Virus record (IMG/VR): IMGVR_UViG_3300047272_000219
Coordinates: 1 to 35,506 of that record
DNA from: a virus
Lineage: Duplodnaviria > Caudoviricetes
DNA length: 35,506 nucleotides
Direction: 5' to 3' (one strand)
A program made the translations under genes and the position numbers. The notes beneath the pieces were generated by a model. That model was not told where the DNA came from and ran no database searches. It saw nothing but the letters and a program-made list of their open reading frames with translations. Within the stretch, counting starts at the first letter, position 1. The number at the start of each line of letters is the position of its first letter. Shown here one piece after another: positions 1-7,644 of the stretch.

Positions 1-516
1 ACGGCCAAGTGCCGCTTGCACTGGTCGAAGAGAACGCTGCGATCTACGCATGGGATCGTGATGACGTTGCCCCAGTGACGCCAACGGCTCCTACGGTCTA
101 TAACCCGCTCAACAGCCCTTTCATCCTTGGGATTGATGTGGCTGGCACAACGGCTGACTGGTCTGGGATTATTGACGATAACGGCGACAAGCCTGAGGAT
201 AATGCTGACGTTACGGCCAACGCTGTTCCATCACTCGATCAGATTGCGCCAGTGGCTTTTGCGGCTGACTTTCTTGGCGTATTGTCGGCTGGTCAGTTGC
301 CGAAGAACATCAATGTCATTCGTCGCCGTGGCGGCGTTGATGTATCAAGCAGCACGACATGGTCCATTATATCCCAAGTTGGCATTACAGGCACAGTGAC
401 CGTATCTTCTAGCGGTGTTGTGACCATCCCGACTGGAGCGACTATCGGAACGTCCTCAGTAATTGAGGTTCGCTCTGTGCGTGACGGCACAACGCTTGAC
501 GCTCGTATTGGTGTTA
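1..516. repeat. Terminal direct repeat, copy 1 (matches 34991-35506); circularisation overlap
   Basis: Direct comparison at offset 34990: 1-118 identical, 119-389 diverged (~38 substitutions), 390-516 identical. Confidence 0.97.
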
Positions 517-977
517 CACGGAATGACGCAGCGCCCCCAAATACAGGTTCTGGTGGCGGAACAACCGTTAGCGACTCGACCTTTAACTCGGTCAGCGGGA
601 CCAGTTTTGTGGCTATTTCTGATCTAATGACGGTCAAGACGGGTTCATCTGGTCAAGTGCAATTTGCCGCGGCCTTAACAACGACTGTTGAGGCTGCTCT
701 GCCAGTAGGAACTTTCCCTGTCGAAATGAAGTGGCAGTACCGCACAGTAGGTGGAACATTCGCAGATGTTGCATCAGAAGTGCCTTCTACTACAGATGCC
801 GCCACTCTTTTTGAAGGCTTCTATTATTCTGAAGATGGCTTCATTGACTGCTCTCCGTTGAAAACTGGGCTTTCAGCAAGCACTGACTATGAGGTGCAGT
901 TGTTTGCCCGGCGCGTTTATTCAACTCCCATAAAAGACGTTTTCTTTATAGGCACTGCATCAGCAGTTGGCAGTTAA
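1..977 (+). CDS. C-terminal part of tail tip / central fibre protein (continues the gene starting at 33553 across the circular junction)
   Basis: ORF 9..977 is in frame with the open frame 33553->end via the repeat. Ser/Thr/Gly/Val-rich beta-type sequence with 'KPEDNADVT' motif. Confidence 0.85.
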   Translation, partial: GQVPLALVEENAAIYAWDRDDVAPVTPTAPTVYNPLNSPFILGIDVAGTTADWSGIIDDNGDKPEDNADVTANAVPSLDQIAPVAFAADFLGVLSAGQLPKNINVIRRRGGVDVSSSTTWSIISQVGITGTVTVSSSGVVTIPTGATIGTSSVIEVRSVRDGTTLDARIGVTRNDAAPPNTGSGGGTTVSDSTFNSVSGTSFVAISDLMTVKTGSSGQVQFAAALTTTVEAALPVGTFPVEMKWQYRTVGGTFADVASEVPSTTDAATLFEGFYYSEDGFIDCSPLKTGLSASTDYEVQLFARRVYSTPIKDVFFIGTASAVGS

Positions 978-1014
978 ACGATAAAATGCTAGTAATAGCG
1001 CGAAAGGGATATTG

Positions 1015-2388
1015 ATGGCCTATATCTACGATCTTACGGACACTTGGAACGCTTCGGGCACGACCTTCAACGGCATCAAGTTGAACGTGACCGACAGCGC
1101 GTCGGCCAGTTCCTCTAAGCTTGTCACCCTTCAGACTAACGGCACTGAGCATTTCAGCATCACTAAGGCTGGCGTTGGCTATATTAGTGGGAATTTAGGC
1201 ATTGGTACAGCTTCGCCAGCGAACAAGCTGGATGTGGTTGGTATCGCCTCCGCCCGTTCGGACATATCAACGGGCAACTCCCCATTGGTTGCAGTAAATA
1301 CTAATACGGGAAGCAACACGACAAAATATACGAGCCTGTTATTCCAAGGCTACGACACTATCGGGACTAATAAAAATACGGGCCTTGTCCAATGCGGCCC
1401 GTCCGATGCTAACTATGTAACGTCATATATGGCTTTCCAGACACGTTCTGGTGACGCCCTTTTCGAACGTATGCGTATCACCTCCGGCGGCAATGTCGGA
1501 ATTGGTACGAGTTCGCCTGCTTCAAAGCTGGATGTAAACGGAATACTTCGGCTCTCTGGTGGAGAGGATAGCCAGCTTCAGTGGACTAACAACGGCCAAA
1601 CTTGGCGGTTGAATAACTCGACAGCGGGGCGGCTGTATTTCTATGATATTACGGGCGCTAAATTTCCTTTCGGTATAGCTGCAGGGACTGCAAACGATAC
1701 CCTTTGCCTTACCAGCACAGGCGTCGGGATTGGTACGACTTCGCCAGCCACCGCCCTTGATGTTGCGACAGGGTTTATTCAGCTTTCTTCTGGTGCAACG
1801 GCACGCACAAAAATATTTGCCGACGCTTCTATTTCATATTTTACAGCGGAAGGTGCTCGGGCTTTAACGCTTTCAACCAACGGCACAGAACGTATGCGCA
1901 TCGACAGCAGCGGCAGGGTGTTGGTGGGTTCCACATCGACCAGCTACGCGTATGCAGATACGTCAATGCGTTGGAATAACACTGGCGGTGGGCTTTTGCT
2001 TTCACAAAATAGCACTGCAAATCTTAACCAAATGGTGTTTTTCAACCCGAATGGGGCGGTTGGTTCTATCAACACAGATGGTTCCGGCACTATTTACGCC
2101 ACATCGTCGGATTACCGCCTAAAGAACATCGACGGCCCTCTGAAAAACAGCGGCGCATACATCGACGCACTCAAGCCTCTTGAAGGTTGGTGGAAAGCTG
2201 ACGGCAAACGCTTTATCGGTTTTCTGGCTCACCAAGTTCAAGAGGTTTCGCAAACGCCTGTGGTTGTAGGCGAGAAGGACGGCGAAAAAATGCAAGCTAT
2301 GGACTATTCTGCACCTGAACTTATTGCCAACCTTATTGCAGAGGTCCAATCACTACGCGCCCGTGTGGCCCAGTTAGAAGGGAATTAA
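1015..2388 (+). CDS. Tail fibre with C-terminal intramolecular chaperone (peptidase S74-like)
   Basis: Repeated GN(V/L)GIGT-SP and ERMRI modules. C-terminal SDYRLKN...LKP...GFLAHQVQEV...MDYS followed by a coiled coil. Confidence 0.9.
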   Translation: MAYIYDLTDTWNASGTTFNGIKLNVTDSASASSSKLVTLQTNGTEHFSITKAGVGYISGNLGIGTASPANKLDVVGIASARSDISTGNSPLVAVNTNTGSNTTKYTSLLFQGYDTIGTNKNTGLVQCGPSDANYVTSYMAFQTRSGDALFERMRITSGGNVGIGTSSPASKLDVNGILRLSGGEDSQLQWTNNGQTWRLNNSTAGRLYFYDITGAKFPFGIAAGTANDTLCLTSTGVGIGTTSPATALDVATGFIQLSSGATARTKIFADASISYFTAEGARALTLSTNGTERMRIDSSGRVLVGSTSTSYAYADTSMRWNNTGGGLLLSQNSTANLNQMVFFNPNGAVGSINTDGSGTIYATSSDYRLKNIDGPLKNSGAYIDALKPLEGWWKADGKRFIGFLAHQVQEVSQTPVVVGEKDGEKMQAMDYSAPELIANLIAEVQSLRARVAQLEGN

Positions 2389-2390
2389 GA

Positions 2391-2711
2391 ATGACAACGA
2401 CTTGGAAAGTATCGCAGCTTGACTGCTACCCAGAATATGAAGGTAGCACAGACGTTGTGTTCACTGTGCATTGGTCGGTTGGCGCACAGGACGGCGAGTT
2501 CTCAGGTTACAGCTACGGCTCACAATCCCTGACGCTCGATCCAGAGGCGACCTTCGTACCGTTTGCCGACCTGACTGAAGCACAGGTCATTGGCTGGGTG
2601 CAAGACTCGATGGGCGAAGATGCTGTTGCTGGAATTGAAGCAAACCTCGCAACTCAAATCGAGAACGCAAAGAACCCACCAGTTGTCAACCCACCTCTAC
2701 CTTGGGGCTGA
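2391..2711 (+). CDS. Conserved acidic tail-fibre-associated protein
   Basis: VVFTVHW...FVPFADLTEAQVIGWV...PLPW pattern typical of small genes after aquatic-phage tail fibres; good RBS (GAAGGG). Confidence 0.7.
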   Translation: MTTTWKVSQLDCYPEYEGSTDVVFTVHWSVGAQDGEFSGYSYGSQSLTLDPEATFVPFADLTEAQVIGWVQDSMGEDAVAGIEANLATQIENAKNPPVVNPPLPWG

Positions 2712-2713
2712 CG

Positions 2714-2914
2714 ATGAAAATCCACACACTATTAAATCACTTGGGGGATAACGTGAAGCACATTGCTGACGGAGCCGCTGCGTTGGCGGCTTTTGGCACA
2801 TTGGTGCAAATTCTTCCCCCATTGGCTTCACTGCTCACGATAGTGTGGATGAGTTTGCGCATATATGATTGGTTTGAAGCAAGGCTCTCAGGGGAGCGTT
2901 TGCCAAAAGATTAG
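2714..2914 (+). CDS. Small membrane protein, holin-like
   Basis: 66 aa with a hydrophobic segment (AAALAAFGTLVQILPPLASLLTIVW) and charged C-terminus; sits at the start of the lysis region. Confidence 0.55.
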   Translation: MKIHTLLNHLGDNVKHIADGAAALAAFGTLVQILPPLASLLTIVWMSLRIYDWFEARLSGERLPKD

Positions 2915-2922
2915 GGTGACTA

Positions 2923-4101
2923 ATGAATCCATTGAAAATAGACGAGAACCTGTACGACTATTGCACACCTCGTCAGAAAGAGGTCTTGGAAGCCATAGAT
3001 CGACTTGGCAGTGCTAGGGCCGCATCGATTGAGTTAGGCATGAACATGGGAAGCGCAAGCGAGACATATCTCGCTGTGAAACGCAAGGCTGCAAAGTTCG
3101 GCTATGCCCCAGAGCATGACTTCACTCGACCAGTGCCAGAAGGCTATGTAGCCAAGGGCGTCAGCACCTATTACAATGCTGAAGGCAAGCCAGCCGGGCA
3201 ATGGGTTAAGGCATCACTTAGCCATCAGGCCTTGGTGGACGCCATGCGCGAGGCCATTGACGGCTTCAAGGACGAAATACTACCCGCCAGCATCATTGCT
3301 GCTCCAGCGGCATCTGAGGAGCATCTGTGCAACCTTTATACCTTCACCGACTACCACCTTGGGATGCTGGCATGGCATAAAGAGGGCGGGAGCGATTGGA
3401 ACATCTCTATCGCAGAGCGCACCATCATTGCTGCACTGCAACAGATGATAGAGCAAAGTCCCAAAGCGCATACGGCAGTTGTCAACATCCAAGGCGACTT
3501 CCTGCATACGGATGGCAAGACACCCGTCACGCCAGCATCAAAGCATGTTCTCGACGCTGACAGCCGCTTCCCTAAAATACGCAAGTCCGCGATCCGCGTG
3601 ATCCGCTCAATGGTGGCAATGTCTTTGCTGCGCCATCAGGAAGTGCATCTGGTTATAGCAGAAGGCAACCACGACGAAGAAAGCGCTGGCTGGTTGGCTG
3701 ACCTGTTCGCTGTGCATTATGAGGAGGAGCCTCGCGTCACTGTCAACGATAGCGTTCTGCCATTCTATGTTTTTGAATGGGGCACTACCATGCTGGGCAT
3801 CCATCATGGTCACAAGGTCAAGAACGAGTCCCTACCTCTACTGTTCGCCGCGCAGTTCCCGCAAGCGTGGGGCCGCACGACCCGTCGCGAGATACATTGC
3901 GGACATCGCCACCACCGCGATGAAAAAGAGTATAACGGCGTCACCGTCGTTCAGCATCCAACACTGGCAGCGCGTGACGCCTATGCTGCGCGTGGCGGCT
4001 GGATTGCGGATCGAGCGGCATGGGCTATCACTTATCATAAGAAGTATGGCGCTGTGGGCCGCGTTATGATAACAACGGAAATGTTAGAGGACGCAGCATG
4101 A
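2923..4101 (+). CDS. HTH + calcineurin-like metallophosphoesterase
   Basis: Complete metal-binding motif set: TDYH, QGDFLH, EGNHD, HHGH, GHRHH. N-terminal helical HTH-like segment (TPRQKEVLEAIDRLGSARAASIELGM). Confidence 0.85.
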   Translation: MNPLKIDENLYDYCTPRQKEVLEAIDRLGSARAASIELGMNMGSASETYLAVKRKAAKFGYAPEHDFTRPVPEGYVAKGVSTYYNAEGKPAGQWVKASLSHQALVDAMREAIDGFKDEILPASIIAAPAASEEHLCNLYTFTDYHLGMLAWHKEGGSDWNISIAERTIIAALQQMIEQSPKAHTAVVNIQGDFLHTDGKTPVTPASKHVLDADSRFPKIRKSAIRVIRSMVAMSLLRHQEVHLVIAEGNHDEESAGWLADLFAVHYEEEPRVTVNDSVLPFYVFEWGTTMLGIHHGHKVKNESLPLLFAAQFPQAWGRTTRREIHCGHRHHRDEKEYNGVTVVQHPTLAARDAYAARGGWIADRAAWAITYHKKYGAVGRVMITTEMLEDAA

Positions 4102-4562
4102 GCAACTTTCCCATCAAACGCATCGTCGTTCACTGCACGGCCACCCGTGAAGGGCAGGACGTAAGCGCCGCCACGATTCGCGGCTGGCATCTGAAGCAGG
4201 GTTGGTCGGACATTGGCTACCATTATGTCGTTCGGTTAGACGGCCAGATCGAGAAAGGTCGCCCAGACACAGCCATCGGCTCTCATGTCAAGGGCTGGAA
4301 CAAGAACAGCATCGCCATTGTCTATGTCGGCGGATTGGATAAAGACGGCAAGCCCAAGGACACTCGGACTTCAGCCCAGAAGAAGGCGCTGAAGGAAATC
4401 ATCACCCGTATACGTGCGTTGCACAAGAACCCACCAGTTATGGGCCACCGCGACCTATCGCCAGATAAGGACGGCGATGGCATTGTCGAGAAGCATGAAT
4501 GGCTGAAGGAGTGCCCATGCTTCGATATGCCAGCTTGGTTTGCTCAAGGTATGCCAATATGA
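4098..4562 (+). CDS. Endolysin, N-acetylmuramoyl-L-alanine amidase (Amidase_2, T7-lysozyme-like)
   Basis: IVVHCTAT, GWSDIGYHYVV, GSHVKGWN, GHRD and KECPCFD Zn-amidase motifs. Confidence 0.95.
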   Translation: MSNFPIKRIVVHCTATREGQDVSAATIRGWHLKQGWSDIGYHYVVRLDGQIEKGRPDTAIGSHVKGWNKNSIAIVYVGGLDKDGKPKDTRTSAQKKALKEIITRIRALHKNPPVMGHRDLSPDKDGDGIVEKHEWLKECPCFDMPAWFAQGMPI

Positions 4563-4822
4563 TCAGCCTCCTGTGGACACCAAACGGGCGCAGGGCCGCT
4601 GCGTTCGGCGCACTGCTTGGCGGTTGTATCATTATGACGATCTTCGCGGCTGTCGGCGTGTGGCTTGTGTCGGGAAACACAGCGTACACCTTCTATCTGG
4701 CATTGGCTGCTCATGCGCAGATTATGCTTGGCCTGACTGCCTTTACTGCACTGTTTGTAAGGCGGCACATATCCGTGGGCAAAGACGGCGTTAAGATAGA
4801 GGACCAACCCCGTGCTGACTAA
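4559..4822 (+). CDS. Two-TM membrane protein, probable holin/antiholin
   Basis: ATG overlaps the endolysin stop (ATGA); two hydrophobic helices; charged C-terminus. Confidence 0.65.
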   Translation: MISLLWTPNGRRAAAFGALLGGCIIMTIFAAVGVWLVSGNTAYTFYLALAAHAQIMLGLTAFTALFVRRHISVGKDGVKIEDQPRAD

Positions 4823-5312
4823 ATTTGTTCCGTATCTGAAGTTCGCACCGTATGCTGCAATAGGGCTATTTGCCCTTCTGGCGGCTGTACAGTGGCAGAG
4901 CGCACGGCACTGGGAGAAACGCTACATTGGGTCAGAGAAGGCCCACGGCGCCACCGTAGCGGCTTATACTGGCGCACAGATTGCGGCTAAGGAGTTAAAC
5001 AAGGCTAAGGTCGCTCAGATTGAGCGCCAATATGCCGCCATATCAGAAAAGGCAGAATCCGATTATGAAAGACGTATTGCTGATAACCGCGCTTCTGTTG
5101 ACCGCTGGATGCGCAACCAAGCCGCTAAAGGTTCTACCGGAAGCACCGGAGCAAGCCAAGACGCCCCAATGCCCGGTGAAGTTGTGTCAGGAACCGAAAC
5201 GGCCATCATTCCTATTGCCGATCTCGAAATAGTCGCTGACGCCTATGCGCAGTTAGATGCGCTAAGGGCTTGGGCGCTTGAGGTTGGTCAGGTTACTGCT
5301 CACAATCCTTAA
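4812..5312 (+). CDS. i-spanin (Rz-like)
   Basis: N-terminal TM helix, Ala-rich coiled coil, follows endolysin/holin, and contains a nested lipoprotein ORF. Confidence 0.75.
   Translation: MLTKFVPYLKFAPYAAIGLFALLAAVQWQSARHWEKRYIGSEKAHGATVAAYTGAQIAAKELNKAKVAQIERQYAAISEKAESDYERRIADNRASVDRWMRNQAAKGSTGSTGASQDAPMPGEVVSGTETAIIPIADLEIVADAYAQLDALRAWALEVGQVTAHNP
5065..5232 (+). CDS. o-spanin (Rz1-like lipoprotein), nested in the i-spanin gene
   Basis: MKDVLLITALLLTAG-C lipobox signal, Pro-rich mature part, +1 frame inside the Rz-like gene. Confidence 0.75.
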   Translation: MKDVLLITALLLTAGCATKPLKVLPEAPEQAKTPQCPVKLCQEPKRPSFLLPISK

Positions 5313-5357
5313 CGCCCTCGGCCAATCGGGATATGATCCAGTCGATGATGCGGCGGG

Positions 5358-5603
5358 TCATTTGCCATGATCCTGCAACGCACGGACTATCTCCACCGCC
5401 CTCGCTGATGTGATAGTCTTGTAATCAGCCCATGATCCACAAGCACATTCGTTTTCTTCGTGGGCAAAGCAGTCGCAAAGCCTTGCATCAGTCTCTAACG
5501 CATTGGCAGCGGCTTCGATGCCAGCATCATAACCTGACTGCCATTCGGATGCTGGGTCTTTGGTTAATTGCTCTATTGATTGGCGTAGTCGCTCATTCGT
5601 CAT
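5358..5603 (-). CDS. Hypothetical phage protein
   Basis: Last gene of the stop/start-coupled leftward operon; CDC...CAC motif. Confidence 0.65.
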   Translation of the reverse strand: MTNERLRQSIEQLTKDPASEWQSGYDAGIEAAANALETDARLCDCFAHEENECACGSWADYKTITSARAVEIVRALQDHGK

Positions 5604-5788
5604 TCGCCCTCTCCTATATAGTCCAATATCCGCTTCAACGCCTTGATGTCTTTCTTGTATTCCTTAACATCATCGGGATGGACGTAGTGATAGGTGAAGT
5701 TGCCCTCGACCGTCTTAAGTGTCTCCTTCAGCCATATGCGAATAATATCATCTAGCTGATTTATATCTAGCTTTATATCAATCATCAT
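5600..5788 (-). CDS. Hypothetical protein
   Basis: ATG (MMIDIKLD...) coupled to the upstream stop at 5785. Confidence 0.6.
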   Translation of the reverse strand: MMIDIKLDINQLDDIIRIWLKETLKTVEGNFTYHYVHPDDVKEYKKDIKALKRILDYIGEGE

Positions 5789-6225
5789 TTGTTTTGTTCC
5801 AGAATTGCGCGGGATTGGTTTACCCAATGTAAATCATGCTTTGGTCTACCGTTTTGGTCGCAATAATCTGCAACCGCGCAATCCAGCAAAACCTCCAACG
5901 CTGTCACCCATTCGCGTAGTTGCTTAACATCCATTATCGCGCAATCGTAATCGACCCTCCATTGTTCAATCTCAAGCCTCATATGTCCCTCAAGCGCAGC
6001 AAGGTCTTTTACGGCAAGTCGCCTACTCTCGGCCAAACATTCTGCACTTTTATTCAGCCGCTCAATCTCCGCCGCTTGGGCTTCGATGCGGTCTGCTGCT
6101 TCATGTGGGATGGTCGGTATCGGCCTGTTACTCCGCAGCCGCCGCACTAAATCGTCAGGGCAAATTTCAATCAAGTCCGCATCCTGTGCAATCAGGTTGT
6201 CCATCGCTTCTGTCTTATCTGTCAT
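5785..6225 (-). CDS. Hypothetical coiled-coil phage protein
   Basis: DLVRRLR...EAADRIE...EIERL pattern common in phage accessory genes; ATGA-coupled. Confidence 0.65.
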   Translation of the reverse strand: MTDKTEAMDNLIAQDADLIEICPDDLVRRLRSNRPIPTIPHEAADRIEAQAAEIERLNKSAECLAESRRLAVKDLAALEGHMRLEIEQWRVDYDCAIMDVKQLREWVTALEVLLDCAVADYCDQNGRPKHDLHWVNQSRAILEQNK

Positions 6226-6623
6226 TGCCCCTTCTCCCGTATCTCCAGCCCGCTATATTCCAGTGCGGCGCGCAAACGGCCCACAAGGTCTTTGCGGAGG
6301 AGGTCTGCGTATTCAGCCTTAACCGAATCATACGCGCCGACATCTATATCGGCCAACAGATCAACCAGCGGGTCAGGCTTGGGCTTGGGGATGATGAAGC
6401 TGGCAAGCGTATCTCCGCCATCCTCTGCAACCAAATGCTCCCCAAAATATTCCACCACCGCATCGCTCACCTCTTGCTTAAAGGCTTCGTGCGCTTCGAT
6501 GGCGCGGCATAGGGCTTCGGTATACGGGGAAACCTCACGGCGCACTGCGCGTTTGTCGCTTAGGTTGCGTTCGGCCAGCACTTCGCGCACCAGCGCCAAG
6601 GCTTTTGCTTCAACGTCGTTCAC
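6222..6623 (-). CDS. Hypothetical protein
   Basis: GTG start overlapping the upstream stop, GGAGG RBS; shorter than the ORF-track call. Confidence 0.6.
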   Translation of the reverse strand: MNDVEAKALALVREVLAERNLSDKRAVRREVSPYTEALCRAIEAHEAFKQEVSDAVVEYFGEHLVAEDGGDTLASFIIPKPKPDPLVDLLADIDVGAYDSVKAEYADLLRKDLVGRLRAALEYSGLEIREKGQ

Positions 6624-6793
6624 AGCGACCTCCCAATCGCGATGCCCTTGCGGATGCCTTGTTGAACAAGGCGCATCCAGACTGTGTGATCCCATTCACC
6701 GGAGAGATAAGCCCTCCAATCGTCGTTGTCCTGCTTCTCCGCTTGGGCGGCGCAGATTTCCCGTGCGGCTTGTGTGATTTGTTCGTCTGTCAT
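6620..6793 (-). CDS. Hypothetical protein (57 aa, MTDEQITQAAREIC...), not in ORF track
   Basis: Manual translation; fills the gap in the tightly coupled leftward operon. Confidence 0.6.
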   Translation of the reverse strand: MTDEQITQAAREICAAQAEKQDNDDWRAYLSGEWDHTVWMRLVQQGIRKGIAIGRSL

Positions 6794-6797
6794 TTGC

Positions 6798-6983
6798 TTA
6801 TACCAATCTTGTTATAAATGTGACGCCTTCGACAGTGCGGCATTTGAAGGCTTTGCCGTGGCGGATGCCATATTGCGATACGTTGCGGCTGGTGCGCTTT
6901 GGATCGCCTTTATTCTCTGCTGGCATGGTGGCGACTTCACCGACTTCCAGCGTTCCCATTGGGTAAATCATTGGACGGCTCAT
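6798..6983 (-). CDS. Small basic protein, possibly DNA-binding
   Basis: YPMGTLEVGE...FKCRT...ITRL pattern; ATG coupled to the upstream stop. Confidence 0.6.
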   Translation of the reverse strand: MSRPMIYPMGTLEVGEVATMPAENKGDPKRTSRNVSQYGIRHGKAFKCRTVEGVTFITRLV

Positions 6984-7108
6984 GACCACCAATCCTCTTC
7001 CATCTCTTTGCGCTCTTCCTCTGTAATGTCAGGCGCGGTTGCAATCAGATATGCGGTCAATATCCAGACTGATATGACCAACAGGAAAAGCCAGTTATCT
7101 GCGGTCAT
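6980..7108 (-). CDS. Small single-TM protein (42 aa, MTADNWLFLLVISVWILTAYLIA...)
   Basis: Manual translation; ATGA-coupled at both ends. Confidence 0.55.
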   Translation of the reverse strand: MTADNWLFLLVISVWILTAYLIATAPDITEEERKEMEEDWWS

Positions 7109-7242
7109 TTACCTTGTTCCTTTTCACGTTCTGCGCGGCGTTCGGCAAAGGTCTTGCCGTCGAGGCCGCGCAGCGGCCATGCGCTGTCGGATGAAACTCG
7201 GTGTTTGCGCCCCATTGGCGCGGCTTGTTGTGGTTTAAACAT
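7105..7242 (-). CDS. Small basic protein (45 aa, MFKPQQAAPMGRK...)
   Basis: Strong TAAGGAG RBS directly after a promoter. Confidence 0.6.
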   Translation of the reverse strand: MFKPQQAAPMGRKHRVSSDSAWPLRGLDGKTFAERRAEREKEQGK

Positions 7243-7264
7243 TTAATCACTCCTTATTGCTAAT

Positions 7265-7299
7265 ACCCTCAAACTATAATTAGAGGGTTCATGTGTCAA
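7265..7299 (-). promoter_or_regulatory. Sigma70-like leftward promoter with overlapping inverted repeat
   Basis: Minus strand TTGACA-N17-TAGTTT; ACCCTC...GAGGGT inverted repeat brackets the -10. Confidence 0.55.
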
Positions 7300-7307
7300 A
7301 CAGAAAA

Positions 7308-7643
7308 TTACATATCGACTATAAAAGTTTTAGGCTTCTTGCGTGAAAGCAACCGGGACATCCAAAACTCATGCTCTGCGCCAGTTGTGCGATCAGCGTG
7401 ATATTGGAACAGCGCCCGTGCCAGTGGATCATAGCCACGGTTATTATGTGTGGTAATCAATGGCGATGGTTGCATGGGCGCTAGATTGGCTGGTTTACGG
7501 CGCTTGTCATCCGCAAGGGCGTTCTCAATATCCTTCATCGTAAGGCGGAGACCATTCTCGCTGTTGATATAGTTGAGAACTGTCGATTTGTCGGTGATAT
7601 AGCCGCACAGGTGGCGGATTTGCATTTTTATGTTGTAGTCCAT
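7308..7643 (-). CDS. Hypothetical protein
   Basis: 111-aa ORF directly downstream of the helicase with an AGGAAA RBS. Confidence 0.65.
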   Translation of the reverse strand: MDYNIKMQIRHLCGYITDKSTVLNYINSENGLRLTMKDIENALADDKRRKPANLAPMQPSPLITTHNNRGYDPLARALFQYHADRTTGAEHEFWMSRLLSRKKPKTFIVDM

Positions 7644-7644
7644 T

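Noticed and set aside
119-389. Diversity-generating retroelement TR/VR pair (versus 35109-35379)
   Set aside because: Differences are mostly synonymous third-position changes, not adenine-specific, and no reverse transcriptase gene is present.
6726-7238. 170-aa plus-strand ORF and similar antisense ORFs over major genes
   Set aside because: The region is fully explained by coupled minus-strand genes with RBSs; shadow ORFs show no motifs or compositional signal.
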